In this document: one piece after another, positions 1-13,250 of the stretch
How positions within the stretch are numbered: position 1 is the first letter of the stretch
Layout: each line of letters begins with the position of its first letter
Assembly: GCF_009834535.1 (NCBI RefSeq)
Contig: NC_045696.1
Coordinates: 104,224,001 to 104,288,000, forward strand
Direction of reading: 5' to 3'
From: Camelus ferus
Taxonomy: Eukaryota
Length of the DNA: 64,000 nt
The notes under the pieces: generated by a model
The model's input: only the letters and a program-made list of their open reading frames with translations
Told to the model about the DNA's origin: nothing
The model's database searches: none
Program-made: the position numbers and the translations under genes

Positions 1-196
1 ACCAGGGGAATTCACATGTGAAGAGTGTTTTGAAGGAAAGGTGGGAGCCTCCAGAGAAAAATGGACAGTGAGAAACCCCCAGAGGCTCCTGAACAAAGGA
101 TATGATGAGCAGGGATGTCTGGTTGTCAGTGTTTTTTTTTTTTTTTTTTTACCTTTGTATTATTTGAGTTATTAATTTAGATACATGCATATATAT

Positions 197-392
197 GTAT
201 TTTTTACTGAGGTGTAGTTGATATACAATATTATATATGTTTTAGGTTTACAACATATAGATTCACAATTTTTAAAGGTTATACTCCATTTATAGTTATT
301 ATAAAATATTAGCCATATTCTTTGTGTTGTACAATATATCCTTGTAGCTTATTTATTTCGTATGTAGTAGTTTGTACCTTTTAATCCCCCTG
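197..392 (-). mobile_element. L1 3' end fragment
   Basis: Antisense L1 3' UTR terminus (TTTTTACTGAGGTGTAGTTGATATACAATATT...GTAGTTTGTACCTTTTAATCCCC). Confidence 0.8.
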
Positions 393-959
393 ATAGTCAA
401 TCTGAAGCTGTTTGCTTTGCTGGCATGGAAAACTACTCTGAATCCCCAGATGTACTGCAAAGCCTGCCACACACTTTGTAATGCCTTTTTGTGAGTGATT
501 TGGGTGAAATGCAAGGATCTGCGTTTTATATCTTGCTTGGTGCCCAGCAGATGGGGGAGTTAAGTTGCAGGTGGTGGGTGTGGTGAGGTGAGTCTGTTTG
601 GAACTGGAATTTTGCCTCAAGAATGTGAACACCCTAGGAATTTTTTAAAATCTTGAAAATAGCATTAGGTTTTCCACACAATGAGGGGAGCTGCTTAAGC
701 CAACTTTAAGTATCAGTAAATACTAGGGATTTCAGCTGATGTTTGTATTAGTGTGCAAAATGGGGGTAGACCCTATATCACAAATGAGAAATAAATGATG
801 GGATACAAATACAGAGCTCAGTGTTCGATGAACATGCAGTAAACAATAGTTCCTGCCTCCCTCGCTCGTCTCATTGCCAGTGTTCAGGGACATGATTTTA
901 AATGCTTCCTGGGATTTACTTTTGTGCAAAAGAAAATAGTTTTGAAGGGTAACGTTTTT

Positions 960-1175
960 TGGAGATAGACAGACCTAGATTTTCATTCAATTTTACCTCT
1001 CACTCTTTGAGTAGCTTCTGCAATTTGCTTAACCTCTCAGACAGCAGTTTCTGCATCTGCATCGTGGGGGTAATGGTGCTCACCTCAGGGCAAGGGTGTA
1101 AAGTTAGGTGAGAGAAGGCATAAAAAAACCCCCAGTGCCCGATGCACACTTTGGTTCATGCTAAACAGTGATTCA
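960..1175 (+). mobile_element. MIR SINE
   Basis: MIR core: TTGCTTAACCTCTCAGACAGCAGTTTCTGCATCTGC...AATGGTGCTCACCTCAGGG. Confidence 0.7.
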
Positions 1176-1254
1176 CCCACTTCCTGTGTGTCTCATTTCT
1201 TTAATTTTGACACAAACTCCTTGAGGGCAAAAGCCATGTTTAGTAGTAACATTT

Positions 1255-1600
1255 GTCTTTCTAAGATACTACAGCATTTGCAAAGTTTTTTTCAGCCCAC
1301 AATTCTCATTTGATTCTCATAATGGTCTTGTGAAGCAGGCAGAACAGAATTTTTTCTCCCACTTTAAGGAGAAGCTGACTGAGATGTGCTTAGCACAGAG
1401 CCTGGCGCACGTCAGATGCTTAATGTTTGTTGTGTAAATGCTGAATGAGTTCCGCGTGTGTAGACACTCTGATGACTTACTGAATCCATCCATTTGTTTA
1501 TTCATTCAGCAGACACTTATTGAGCACATACTATTGTGTATCTGTGAACAACAACAAAAATCCTTGCCCTCGTGGTGCTCACCTTGTAGGGAAAGGAATG
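1255..1600. mobile_element. MIR fragment plus L2 3' end fragments
   Basis: Antisense MIR core (ATTTGATTCTCATAAT...CCCACTTTAAGGAGAAGCTGACTGAG), then L2 tails in both orientations (GCACAGAGCCTGGCGCAC...TGAATGA; TTCATTCAGCAGACACTTATTGAGCAC). Confidence 0.65.
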
Positions 1601-1656
1601 AATAAAGTAGGACCAAATGGACTGAGAAGAAGAGGAGTTGCTGCTTAGATACCAGT

Positions 1657-2000
1657 TGCTATCGGCTGAATGCTTGTGTTCCCTCAAAATTCATATGTTG
1701 CAGCTTTATCCCCACTATGATGGTTTAGGAGATGGGGGGCTTTGGTGATTCAGTTATAAGGATGGAGCCTTCATGAATGGGATTAGTGCCCTTATAAAAG
1801 AAACCCCTGCTCCTTCTGCCCTGCGAGGACACAGAGAGAAATGGCTACTGAACCAGGAAAAGAGCTCTCACCAGACGACAAATCTGCTGGCACCTTGATC
1901 TTGGACTTCCCAGCCTCCAGAACCGTGAGAAGTAAATGTTTATTGTTCAGGGTGCTCAATCTATGGTAGGTTGTTATAGTGTCCTGAAAGGACTAAGACA
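1657..2000 (+). mobile_element. MaLR solo LTR (MLT1A/MST-like)
   Basis: Starts TG, ends GACTAAGACA; typical CAAAATTCATATGTTG and CTTGATCTTGGACTTCCCAGCCTCCAGAAC; perfect 5-bp TSD CCAGT at 1652-1656 and 2001-2005. Confidence 0.93.
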
Positions 2001-2239
2001 CCAGTCCTGAATATTTTCTTTCTGACCTTTGAAAAAGGAATAGTTGTAGAACTTTAGAATGACAGATGTAGAAAGGACCTCGCGGAACAGCTAGTCCTAT
2101 GGAATACACTTTTTTAAAGCCTGAGAACACGGTGTTCAAATGAGAACTTACTCCAGACAGCCAATTTATAAAGCAGATAAAAGAAATGCTTCTTTTATCT
2201 CTCTCCAGTTCCTTAAAAATGCTCTTTGCCCATGAATCT

Positions 2240-3070
2240 CTGTCCAACTGCTATTTCACTTCTCCACTTGCCTCACAAAACTTGAAAGGGTGTGTCCACA
2301 TTCTGTCTCCACGCTCTGGGCTCCCACTTGCTCTCCAGCCACCCCTGTCCGGATGTTACCCTTATCCTCCATCAAAACTGCTCTTGGCAAAGTTCTCCAA
2401 CACCTCCGTCTGGCCAGATTCAGTGCACTCTTCTGTTCACGTTGTTCTTGACCTCTCAGCAGCTTGGACACACTGCCTCCTCTTCCTCGAAACACTCTCC
2501 CCTTTGCTGTCTGTACAGTCATTCTCTCCCACTTTCCCTCCTATTTGTCTGATCATCTTCTTCCATCTCTTTGTTGGCTCTCCTCTTCCATCTCTGTGTC
2601 CTGAGTTTCCTATGACTGCGTCTTAGGTCTTCTCATTTATCCCCGTAGTCACTCCCTAAGTAATCTCATTGATGCCCTCACTTTTAAATCTCTTCTATAT
2701 TTCGATATATTCTAAATTTCTATCGCTGGCCCAAATTTCTGATGAACCCCACACTTAAATATCCAAATGCCTGCTTAACATTTTGCTATCTCATAGTCAG
2801 CTCAAAATTAGTTACAAAGCTGCGCTCTCTATCTCCGTCATATTCAGATACTTTAGCTCCAGTGCGCCCTCTCTCAGTAAATGGCCCCACCATTCAGCCA
2901 CCTACTCAGGGCAGGGACTCCCCTGTGATTCTTCCCTCTCCCTCAAACCACAAGCCCTGCCTTTTTCCTCCTCCCAAATGCCTTTCTTGTCTTTCCAGTT
3001 TTTCCATTCCCACTGCAGCTGCTATAATTTCAGCCACATCAACTTTTGCTGGATTACTACAGTCAAAGCC
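2240..3070 (+). mobile_element. L2 LINE fragment
   Basis: Pyrimidine-rich L2 ORF2 remnant (CTTGACCTCTCAGCAGCTTGGACACA..., TCTCAGTAAATGGCCCCACCATTCAGCCA). Confidence 0.75.
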
Positions 3071-4299
3071 TTGGAGCTGTTGAGAACAAAGCTAGTGAAG
3101 TGGAAATGAGGCTGAGTGTGAGGGAGACCTGATGGTGACCCCGTCATGGGCAGCTCACTGAGCACGCTCAGTCCTGGAATGACCGACCACATTAGCTCAC
3201 TATCCCAGACACTTCCCGTCCTTGACACACACCCTCACGGAAATCTCGGATATCGAGAAGCAAGCTTCTTCTGGATGAGTGTTAAAATCTTCTAGTTCAT
3301 TATTATTATTTTTTTTCTTTGAGCTGCTGGGAGACCTTCTTCTTCATTACCAGTGTCACACAGAGAGCTAGTATGCCGCGGGCTTTGATCTAAAACTGTT
3401 GAATGTGAAAGCAGCTGCTTTTGCTGAGCAGTCTCACCCTGGGTCTCAGGAGAACACAATTGGATAATGAAATGCAAATGGTTTGACCAGGGCTCTGGGG
3501 ATGAAGGATGCCCTGCCTCAGCAAACAGCAGCTGTCTAAAGCCTGCTCTTCAAGACTTCTCTGAATGGTCTTTCCTGTCTCCAGCCGCCCGCTCCCAGCT
3601 GTTCCAAGCATCTGAGAACTCGAGTGTCCACAGGAACTTGAATTTTTTCCCTCATTGCTACCTGGGTTTAAGCCATCACTGGCATCTCACTTTCTCATTA
3701 TGTCCGTCCCCTTGCGGTGGCTCAGGAGTGCCCAGTGCCTCCTAGCCCCCCCCCCGCCCCCACCGGTAATTGCCGCTCCAGTGACTGACTTATGTCTTCC
3801 AAGCTCCAGTTCCTCATCCTCTCTAACCAGTCATCTAGTCTCAGCAGCCTTCTGTCACACTGAGCACTACCAGCTCTAAGGAAGAGTCATTCTGCCACCT
3901 CCCCAGTTCTTCATCCAGCCTCTTTATTTCTTGCAGCGCCCCATCCTTCTGTCCTAATCCCACTCTCTGACCTTCAGATTCATCTTGACCCTTCTCTTTA
4001 ACTCGCTCTGCAAATCCAGACAGTCACCAGTCCTGGTGATTTATTGATTGATGGTTTCATCCAACCCAATTACCAAAGACTCTCAGGCAGGTCTTTTGTA
4101 GGTGCCAGGGAGACAGCAAATAGAGTTGCTGTCTCCTGGTCTGTTGGTTGGACCACTGAGGCAGAACAGCTGTGCCCCTCATCCAAGGCCAGATTAAAGC
4201 TCCCTAAACTGCTTTTTTTTTTTTTGTTCATTTCGCTCCTCTGGGAAAAATCCATCATGGCTGTCAGTTGTCTGTAGAGTGAAGTCCAAGTTTAGTCTG

Positions 4300-4617
4300 G
4301 AGCTATGCTGTCCAGTGTGGCAGTCACTGGCCACGTGTAGCTACTGGGCGCCTAAGATGTGTCCACTCTGAATTGAGATGTGTGGTAAGTGTACAATACA
4401 TACAGAATTTCAAAGACCTAGCACAAAAGAAAGAAAATAAGACCATGAAATGCCTCATTAGGTTTTTAATTAATGATGTTAAAATTATGTTTTGAATATG
4501 TAGATTTAAATAAAGAATGATTTATGTTGATAATGTTTACTTAAATTTTTTAATGGGGCTGTTAGAAAATCTAACATTAATATGTGGCTTGCATTGTATT
4601 TTTATTGTCAGCACAGG
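4300..4617. mobile_element. MER33/MER3-like hAT-Charlie DNA transposon
   Basis: Terminal inverted similarity TGCTGTCCA...TGTCAGCA; AATTGAGATGTG...GTAAGTGTA; ATGTGGCTTGCATTGTATTTTTATTG; ~320 bp. Confidence 0.8.
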
Positions 4618-6839
4618 TCCTAAATATAAAGTTTCCCATAATCTGCCTCCTACTGACTTAACATATTATTTCCTGTTATCTTCACAATAAGCAGAGGTGG
4701 TTCATATCTTTACACTGTTTTACTGATGAGAAGACTGAGGTTCAGAGAGGAATGAGGGACTAGAAATGGATGTGAAGGTCAGCACTTCAGGTCCCACAAG
4801 CCTCAGGAGAGCCCTGCGTAGCATCACATCCATGATGCCTGCATGCCAGCTGTCCTGTTGTCCCCCATCCTCCGTTCCCCGGTAGACAAGATATGGAAGC
4901 GGAACAGTGAAATCATGAAAGCCAGTGACTGGACAGACCTGACGCTGGAGGACTGACTGTAATTATGTACACAGAATCCCGTGTTAGGTGAGCTTAAGAA
5001 GAGAATCTAGTTGAGGTCCATCTGTTGTGGGTATCACTTGGTTAAACCCCCACTGTGAGTGGCCACCATTGTGAACAAACAAAGTAAGCTTTGATCTTAA
5101 CCCAAGCTGGAGGTCTTTGGTGGCTGATTTCTTTGGCTTTGTTTCAGAAGCTTCCGGCAGCTACCACCAGGAGGAGCAGCCGAAGCCGGTCGAGCAGTGG
5201 TCCCAGGGGTTGCAGGAGGCAGGGGGAAGCAAGACTGCGCAGCTTGGGAGGATCTCCTGACAAGCAGAGGACTTGTTGCAGTAAACCAGCTGTTAGGAGG
5301 TGGAGCTGGGATCCCAACCTCAGTGTCTATGCTGGATTCTAACCACCACACCGCACTGCCTCCCAGAGGACACCTCACACCTTCTGTGAAGCTTTGTGTC
5401 AAGGATACTTCTGTTCACGCCATGGGGCTCTGTGTACATCAGGGAGTTTAAGGTTTTACCTGAAGACGCGAGGAGCCATTGGAGAGTTCTGAGCAGGGGA
5501 GTCAGGTAGGGAGATGTATAGCCAGAGTCTAAACAAGAAATTAAGCATGCCTGGAACAAGTTTGGAACAGGCCTGCCAAAAGCCCGTTTGCATGATGCCT
5601 TTGGAGGTTGTTGAACAAATTTGTCTAAGAAAGAAGGAGCCAGCATGCTGAGCTGTGCCCTTGGCGTATGGAAGAATAGAGTAATTCCTGTCCATCAAGT
5701 TCTCTCTCACTCATTCCAGGGGAGATGCAGTGCCTGGCAAGCCTACTTGTGTTGAGTTGGTTGTCAGATGCCCAGCAAAGGACGACTGGCAGGTAGCTGG
5801 GGGATGTGGGCGGGGCAGCAGTGGTGTCTGCCAGTAGTCAGCTACCTCTGGCGTTGGAGGGCACAGATACAGCCCCTGGGAGAACCACACTGGGCGAGGG
5901 GAACTGCAAGGGACTGGAGTTTCTGTACGAGCAGGCCGGGGTGGACAGGAGCCAGTGAAGGTTGAGGCATATCTGTTCATGCGGTTCCATCTGCCCCCAC
6001 AGGCCCAGGGAATTGGAGGATGTGGGGTTTCCTGTGCTTGGAGCACCCTTAGTTGTTTACTGATGTCTGGGAGTGGTGGGAAGGGAGCGTGGCTCCTCAG
6101 TGTGTCTGGTGGCTAATTTCCTCTAGAAACCTGTGGAGAGATCCATAGTGGTTCTAGGAGTTGCTCAGGGAGCCTTTCAGGGCCTTTTTCCCTTTCTCTG
6201 ATCACTGGGCAGCTTCTCAGCTTTGACAGATATGTGTATTCAAAGAACCGCCTCTTTGGAATTAATCTCTGAATTTGCCTTGTATCAGAGGCCCTGGCTC
6301 CCTCTGTTGTATGAGCATCTTGGTGGCACAGCTCCCAGGAACTGATAAATGCTAGCCAGGGCCTAACAGCTTCATAGTTAACTGAGTGTAACTTTTGTTT
6401 GTTTGTTTCATCTGAGACAAAAATGGAGTGGCATTGGGCGGTACTAACTCGGTGATGTGTGTCTTTGTTCTCTTTGTTAAGGAGGCTCCCACCCAGTCTC
6501 TCACCCACCCAACCACTCGCTCCAAACACTTTGGCTTATCTCTAGGGGCTGGTGGAGAGCGGGTAATGCTGGTTACTCTTCTCTAGTCCATCTTTGAACT
6601 GGAAACACTTAGAGCAGACAGAGATCTCTGAGACCCTCTGGTCCTATACCCATACATTTGGGGAAACAGGTTCTGGGAGGGACGTGACCTGTGTAATGGA
6701 GAGCTCCTAGCAGGGGCTGGGGCCAGGGCTCAGGTGGGTGCTCATTGGCCCCCTATATAGGCATTTGGCTCATAGAGGGATATCTGGACCCCTTCTGACC
6801 TGCCTTAGTGAGTCTTGGTCCTGCATTCCATTTGACTCC

Positions 6840-6980
6840 TTTTTTTCTTTTTCTTCCGGTGGTGGAAGGAGGAAATTGGGTTTGTTTGTTTGTTTATTTT
6901 AGAGGAGGTACTGGGGATTGAACCCAAGACCTCGTACATGCTAAGCATGCGCTCTGGCACTTTGAGCTATACCCTCCCCC
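6840..6980 (-). mobile_element. tRNA-Ala-derived SINE (camelid vic-1-like)
   Basis: Reverse strand GGGGAGGGTATAGCTCA...GAGCGCATGCTTAGCATGTACGAGGTCTTGGGTTCAATCCCCAGTACCTCC with A/B boxes, (AAAC)n and A tail; TSD CATTTGACTC at 6829-6838 and 6983-6992. Confidence 0.9.
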
Positions 6981-7221
6981 GTCATTTGACTCTTGTCACC
7001 AGGGCAAGCATCACAGTGACATGGGAAAGGCTCTGCCCTGGGCATCAGGGTTGCTGGGCTCCAGACCTCTCTGCATCTCACCGGGCTGTGGCCTGGGCCA
7101 CACTGTCTGATACCAGCCCTGTACTTTCGTTGCTGCTTTACAGAGTTTGGATAAGATGTCTCTTGAGTGTGAAACACAAAAAGTCCCAAATGATCCAAAG
7201 CCTGCACGCACTAATTAATAT

Positions 7222-7576
7222 GTGCTTTCTTGGCCAGTTTGGTTTGCTGTGACGGAGTCCCACAGATGGGGAGTCTTAAACAACGGATACTTATTTTTCA
7301 CAGTTCTGGCAAGTTCACGGTCAGGGTGCTGGCAGATTTGATTCCTGGGGAGAGCCCTCTTCCTGGCTTGCAGGCAGCTCTGTTCTCACATAGTGGAGAG
7401 AGGGAGTTCTGGTCTCTCTTCTTCTTATAAGGACACTTCTCCTATCGTGGGGGCGCTACTCTCGTGACCTTGTTTAAACTTTACCTCCCAGAGGCCCCAT
7501 CTCCAGATGCCATCACATTGGGGATGGATTTCAACATATGAACTTTGAGGGAATACAGACATTTAGTCCATAACGC
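7222..7576 (-). mobile_element. MaLR solo LTR (MLT1A-like)
   Basis: Antisense MaLR: CTTAAACAAC...TTCACAGTTCTGG...TCTTCTTATAAGGACAC...TTTCAACATATGAACTTTGAGGG...TAGTCCATAAC. Confidence 0.85.
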
Positions 7577-8229
7577 ATGCATTCATAAGGCAATTGTTAA
7601 GACCCACTGTGTGCTCAGCACAAGGAATATAGAGATGGAAGATGTGCTCCCTCTCTGCAGGGAGTTTCCAGGGGAACAGGCGACAGCCATGGAAATGGCA
7701 TCATCTCACTTGGCCAATATGTGGGTTTCCTGAGCCCAGCTGGGGGCCAAGAAAGAAGGCATGGTGCCTCAGGGTGAGATCTGAGGGGCAGGAGACAGAC
7801 TCAGAAACCCTCTCTTCTTGCCTGCTGACCAAAGGGGTCTGAGATGCACACGGGGAATTAGTTTCTGTCTCTCAAAGACACCTGGGAAGATGCAAATGCT
7901 GTGGGGAGGGGACATTTTAATTTTTGTCAGCCATCAATATTGAGTACCCGGAAGCAGCAGGGGGAAGGGAGCCAGGGCTGAGGTTGGGCTCAGAGGGAGG
8001 TTGGATACAGGAGAATATCCCGTGCTGACCACCTTGCTGGGAGAGTAAGTGCATCGTTTCCCACTTCCATGGGACAGGCTGTTTCCTCCACACTTTCCCC
8101 ACTCTCTCTCTTCTCTTTCTCCCCTTTCTCATTTACAAACCTTTTCTGTGGAAGGAAGTCATTTTTTGAAAAGAACCTATGATGTGGATTCACCCAGTTC
8201 TCCTGACTGGTCATTACACTCCACCATTT

Positions 8230-8411
8230 TTACCCTCAAATGATTTTAACTTTGTTCCGTGAACTGTCAACCTCATTTTCTCTTCCTCTTAAGGATTTAG
8301 CTAGTGTTGAATCAAAGCGCACTCACTGGGCCACCTGCTGTGACAGGATGCTGCAATTCTTTTGGTGTTAGTCTGTCATATAATTGAGAATGTAAGATTA
8401 AATATAAATCA
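8230..8411 (+). repeat. Diverged local direct repeat A, copy 1 (paralogue at 10202-10395)
   Basis: Colinear shared blocks CTCAAATGATTTTAACTTTGTT (22 nt), TGGGCCACCT, CTGTGACA, GAGAATGTAAGATT. Confidence 0.9.
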
Positions 8412-8626
8412 CACATTCAATATTAGGCTAAAAGTATATTGTTCCCATCCCCCTGACTTACTACATTCCTTTATTATACCTCTCTCTTGCTTATTGGGAA
8501 GCCAGTGTGAGTGATTCCACTATTTTCATAACATTTTGATGATTCCCCAAACACCTAAAGTGGTGCTGTTTACCTGGGTAATAGCACTGCAGTATCCCCA
8601 CTTTCGAGTTCTGTATTATTGCTATT

Positions 8627-9775
8627 TTTAGTTACAGCTTTATTGAGGTGTAATTCGCATACCATATAACTCACTCAGAAGTGCACAGTTCCGCGACTTT
8701 TAGTATATTCACAGATTTGTGCACCCATTACCATAGTCAGTTTTAGAACATCTTCCTCACCACAGAAAGAAACCTCACATCCATTAGCAGTCACCCATTA
8801 GTAACCCCCTCATCCCCTGGCAAGGACGTAACTACTTTCTGCATACCTTGGACATTTCATATAAATGGAATCATACAGTATGTGATCTTTTGTGACTGGC
8901 TTTTTTCACTTACCTTAATGTTTTCGAGGTTCATCCATGTATCAGTATTTAATTTCTTTTTATTACTTTTACTATTCCATTGCATGGATACACCACATTT
9001 TATTTATCCATTCACCAGCTGATGGACATTTGGTCATTTACACTTTCTGACTGTTATCTATAAAGCTGTTGTTAATATTTGCATACAAGTTTGATATGAA
9101 CATATGTTTTCAGTTCTCTTGGGGATATACTAGGAGTGAGCTGCTGGGTCATATGGTAACTCTGTGTTTAACCTTTCAAGGAACTGCCAGACTGTTTTCC
9201 AAAGTGGTTGCACCATTTTACATTCCCTCACTGTGAGGGTTCTGATTCTCTGATTTCACTGTTTATCTTTTTGATTTTAGCTATCTTAGTGCATATGAAC
9301 TGGTATCTCACTGTGGTTTAGATTTGAATTTCCCTGATGGCTAATGATGCCGAACTGTTTTCTTATGCTTATTAGCTACTGTTGTATATTCTTTGATGAA
9401 GTGTCTATTGATATTTTTGGTCCATTTAGGATTTTTTTCTTTTTGTTGTTGAATTAGATATATATATATATATATCTTCTAGATACACGTCCCTTGTCAG
9501 ATATGTAATTTGCAATATTTTTCTCCCATTCTGTGAGGTTTTTTACTTTCTTGGTAGTGTTCTTTGAATCACAATTTTTATTTTTAATTTATCTTTTCTT
9601 TGTTGCTTGTGCATTTGTTTTTTTTCTAAGAAATCATTGCCTAATCCAGGGTCATAAAGATTTACGCCTTTGTTTTCTTGTAAGACTTTAATAGTTTTAG
9701 CTCTTACATGTAGGTCTTTGATACAATTTGAGTTAATATTTGCATAAGGGGTGAAGTAGGAGTTAAAAGAATTAA
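8627..9775 (-). mobile_element. L1 (L1MB-like) 3' UTR plus ORF2 C-terminal remnant
   Basis: CAGCTTTATTGAGGTGTAATTC...; GGACATTTCATATAAATGGAATCATACAG; CCAGACTGTTTTCCAAAGTGGTTGCACCATTTTACATTCCC. Confidence 0.9.
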
Positions 9776-9779
9776 CTTT

Positions 9780-12700
9780 GGAATTTATTTTTTAGGTCTG
9801 GTTTTATCTTTTTAAATTTAATTTCAGTTTTTTAATCTTTAATAACCTGACTTTTTGCTTTCTTTACATTTCTTTTGTTTTTTATTTTTAAAAATTTTAC
9901 ATGAGACCCTTAATTCATTTACTTTGATTTTTATAGTCTATTTGTGTAATAATTTGAATATTTGATTATTGCTCTGAGTGCTATTTTATTTCTGTCACTT
10001 AAGTGCTGAGCTATAAAGACTATACATTTTTGTTTTCTAGAAATTCTGAAAATTCGGTTTTCATTTCCTCTTTGAATCAGGGGTTAAGAGTTAAATTCTT
10101 TTTTCCACATCTCTTGTTTTCTGATATTGCTCTTAATTTCTAGTTTTGTCATGCTGTGATCAGAGAATATTGTCTGTTTCTTTCTACGTGTTAGAGATGT
10201 GTTACTCTCAAATGATTTTAACTTTGTTGTTCAGGGACATCTCAATCCCATTTTCTTTCCCCCTTGAGAATCATCTCTAGCCTTGAGGATTAAATCAAGC
10301 TCACTCCTTGGGCCACCTTCTGTGACAAGGAAGCAAAATTATTTTAGTATTAGCTTGAGTCATGTAATGGAGAATGTAAGATTTTTAAAAAATCAGTCTT
10401 TTTGTGATTCAAATTCTGGTTGGTACTCATGTGTATTCCAAGAGCATTCCAGGGTATAGTGTGCAATATATATCAGTCTTACTGCACATTTATGTTATTT
10501 AGGTCATCTATATACTGATTTAATATTTTTATCTACTTGATCTGTCATAGATTGAGAGAGGAACTAAAATTGCCCTACCACTTTTTTTTTTAAACATGTT
10601 TCTCCTTGCAGGTGCTATAAGTACTGTTTCTTGCTGCTGCTTCCGTGTGTCTTGCTGTGTAGATATTCGTAACTGTTACATATTCACTGTGAGCTGCACC
10701 CTTTAGCCTTATAAACAGCACTTTCCTTTGTATTGTTTAATGCCTTATGCTCTGAACTTTAACCTCGTCTGATATTTAGGTTATGTCTTCTACTTGTTGT
10801 TTGTTTTTTCCTGTTATACCTTGGCCCATTCTTTTATTTTCAGCTGTTCTGAATCACTTTGTTTTTTGTGTATCCCTTGTATATAACTTGGAGTGTAGCC
10901 TTGCTTTCTTATCTTATGTGAAATATATTTTTAAACAGATAAGTCAATTTACATTTATTAATGTGACAAATATTAATATTAAATTTCTTACGGTGTATTA
11001 TTTTATGCTATGTTTCGCTTATACTATTTATCAGCAAGTTGTTACAAAATGAATTTCCTTTGTTTTAAATGAACAATTGCATTTCTGATATTCAGCAGGA
11101 TTTGTGTTTTTGATCTCATGGTTACCTTTGTAATAGCTTTCTATAAGATTGTGAGTGCTCTGTTTCTCTGGACATAATTGATTGGTTCTTTTGTATGAAT
11201 AATGATAAAATTAATATGCTTCGTGTTCCTACCCTCTCTTCCTTCATCCGCTCTTAGTTATCTTAGTGTATACCACTGTCTTGTAAAGTGTTTACACATA
11301 ATTACTTGGTTTTTCAGCTTTGAATCATATTCTTTGGCCCCCACAATTACAAATGCCACAAGCTGCAAACTTACTCTGCTTTTTGTCTTCCCTACCCCTT
11401 CCCCTTTCCATTTTTTATTACTTGTATCATTTATACAAGACGTATAACATTTCAATTCTGTCACTTCAATCTCCAGCTTTGTTTAATTAATTAATTTTTA
11501 TTTTTTATTGAGGTATTGACACATAGCATTATATTAGTTTCAGGGGTACAACATAATGATACGTTACTTGTAAATACTGCAAAAGGATCCCTGCACTCAA
11601 TCTAGTTAACATCCAATGTTTAGTCTTAATTTTGCGGTTGTGGTACGTAGTGCTCTTCACTTGCTCTTTTGCTGTGGTTTGTTTCCTCCATGATCTTCTG
11701 GTTGGCTGATGATTGATCTCCTGTAGATTCCTCAGGAAGGGTTCATGGGACAATATTCCATAAGGTCTAAGATTTCAAAACTGTCAGCTTTGTTTGCTTT
11801 TGGAAGGACATTCTTTGCTGGGTATAAAAACCCTTGGCACACAAGTCCTCTCTGGCTATCCTGCAGATGATAACTGTGTTAACTTCCTGTTTTAAATGTG
11901 GCTTTGGAGACATCTGAGACCTGTCTGCATTTCTCCCCGTTTAATGGCTTATCTCTTTGCCTTGATGCCAAGGGGACACTTTCCCTTCCTTCACACCCTG
12001 CTCCCTCACTTTCCCCTTCTGCTCTCCTGCCTCTCCTCTTCCTCTCTCTTTTTCATGCTCCAGCCCTGCAGGATATGTCTCATGGCTGACTGTTTTCATT
12101 CAGTTTTTCCTAGTCCATGGAATACCCTTCTGATATGGAGAGTCAGGTCTTCTTTTATTTATTCAGTTTCATCGCTTCTGTTTTCTTCCTTATGGACTCT
12201 GATTTTGTGTATGATGGATCTCCTTTGTCTGCCACAGCTATCATCCCCTTTGAGTCTATCTTTATTTCACTGAATCTCGGTTGTGTTTCTTGCATCTGTC
12301 CTTTATATCCTTTCATGGCTTTTCTACAGTGTATAGTCTCTCTTATAAACTTTCCAATTTCATTTTCATTTTTCTGACTGCTTTTTAAACTTTTTGTCAA
12401 TCACTTTACAGAGTTCTGCTAGCTTGCAGTTCATTTCCTCCTGTTTTCTTGCCATGACTTCCCTGAATTCTGGCATTTCCATTTTGTGGTATTCTTTTAG
12501 AGGGATGGTTGCTTTATTAATTTTTAAAATACCATGGTGAAATATTTATGTACTTTTTTTTTTGCTTTACAGCAACATTTTTTTGATGAATATTGTTTAT
12601 ATGTTGGTAAATTTTACTGCTCTTTAAGTTTTTACCTTATGTTAACTTTATACAAATGTGATGCCAGTTCATCTTAAAAAATTGCTTATCATTAAATGTG

Positions 12701-13250
12701 TTGTTTTTTAGTTCCAGCTATTTACATATAGTGTCTGATACAGTGCTTCGCAAATCAAAGCTTTCTCTTTCTTTGTTCTTCCTGAAAAAAGACTGACTGA
12801 TGTTAATACAGTTTGACTGTGCCATCCTTTGTGTGTCCTCCCTTCCTCTCTGAACCCCCAGGGGAACCCTCCTGTGCTCTCTGCTTCCCTCAGTGCCTGC
12901 ATCTGGCTGCAAATAAGGTGGTGGACTCACACACTTTGTGGTCAGTTGCCTGCCTTGAGGAGTTTTATTTCCACTGACACTTTTAAGATCTGCCATCATT
13001 AAGTTCTCTTACAACTTGAATTTTCTTTTCCCCTCCTTTCTTCCCATGTGGTTTCTGTCTGATTTCAGTCACTTTTGTCAACCCTTAAGCATTTTTTTGG
13101 AGTGGGCAGATTATATTTGGCTTCTAGTTTCACTGAAAATGGAATTTGTGGATTAAAAAAAAAACTCCTTGCTCCTTTCACATGATTTTATGGAGAGGGT
13201 GGACAAATAAGCTGAACTAGGCAGCCGTGTTCATACTAGAAGCCCTTACA
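9780..13250 (-). mobile_element. Ancient, highly decayed L1 (L1ME-like) ORF2/ORF1/5' region
   Basis: T-rich antisense L1 remnants (TGTGATCAGAGAATA; TTTATCTACTTGATCTGTC...GAGAGAGG; TTTGCTGGGTATAAAA); interrupted by repeat A copy 2 and a short L1 tail near 11495-11615. Confidence 0.6.
10202..10395 (+). repeat. Diverged local direct repeat A, copy 2
   Basis: Homologous to 8230-8411; appears to interrupt the old antisense L1. Confidence 0.88.

Noticed and set aside
6905..6980. Possible tRNA-Ala(AGC) gene (also at ~35000, ~42680, ~49030)
   Set aside because: Stems are degenerate, and each copy has a SINE tail and TSD, so these are SINEs rather than tRNA genes
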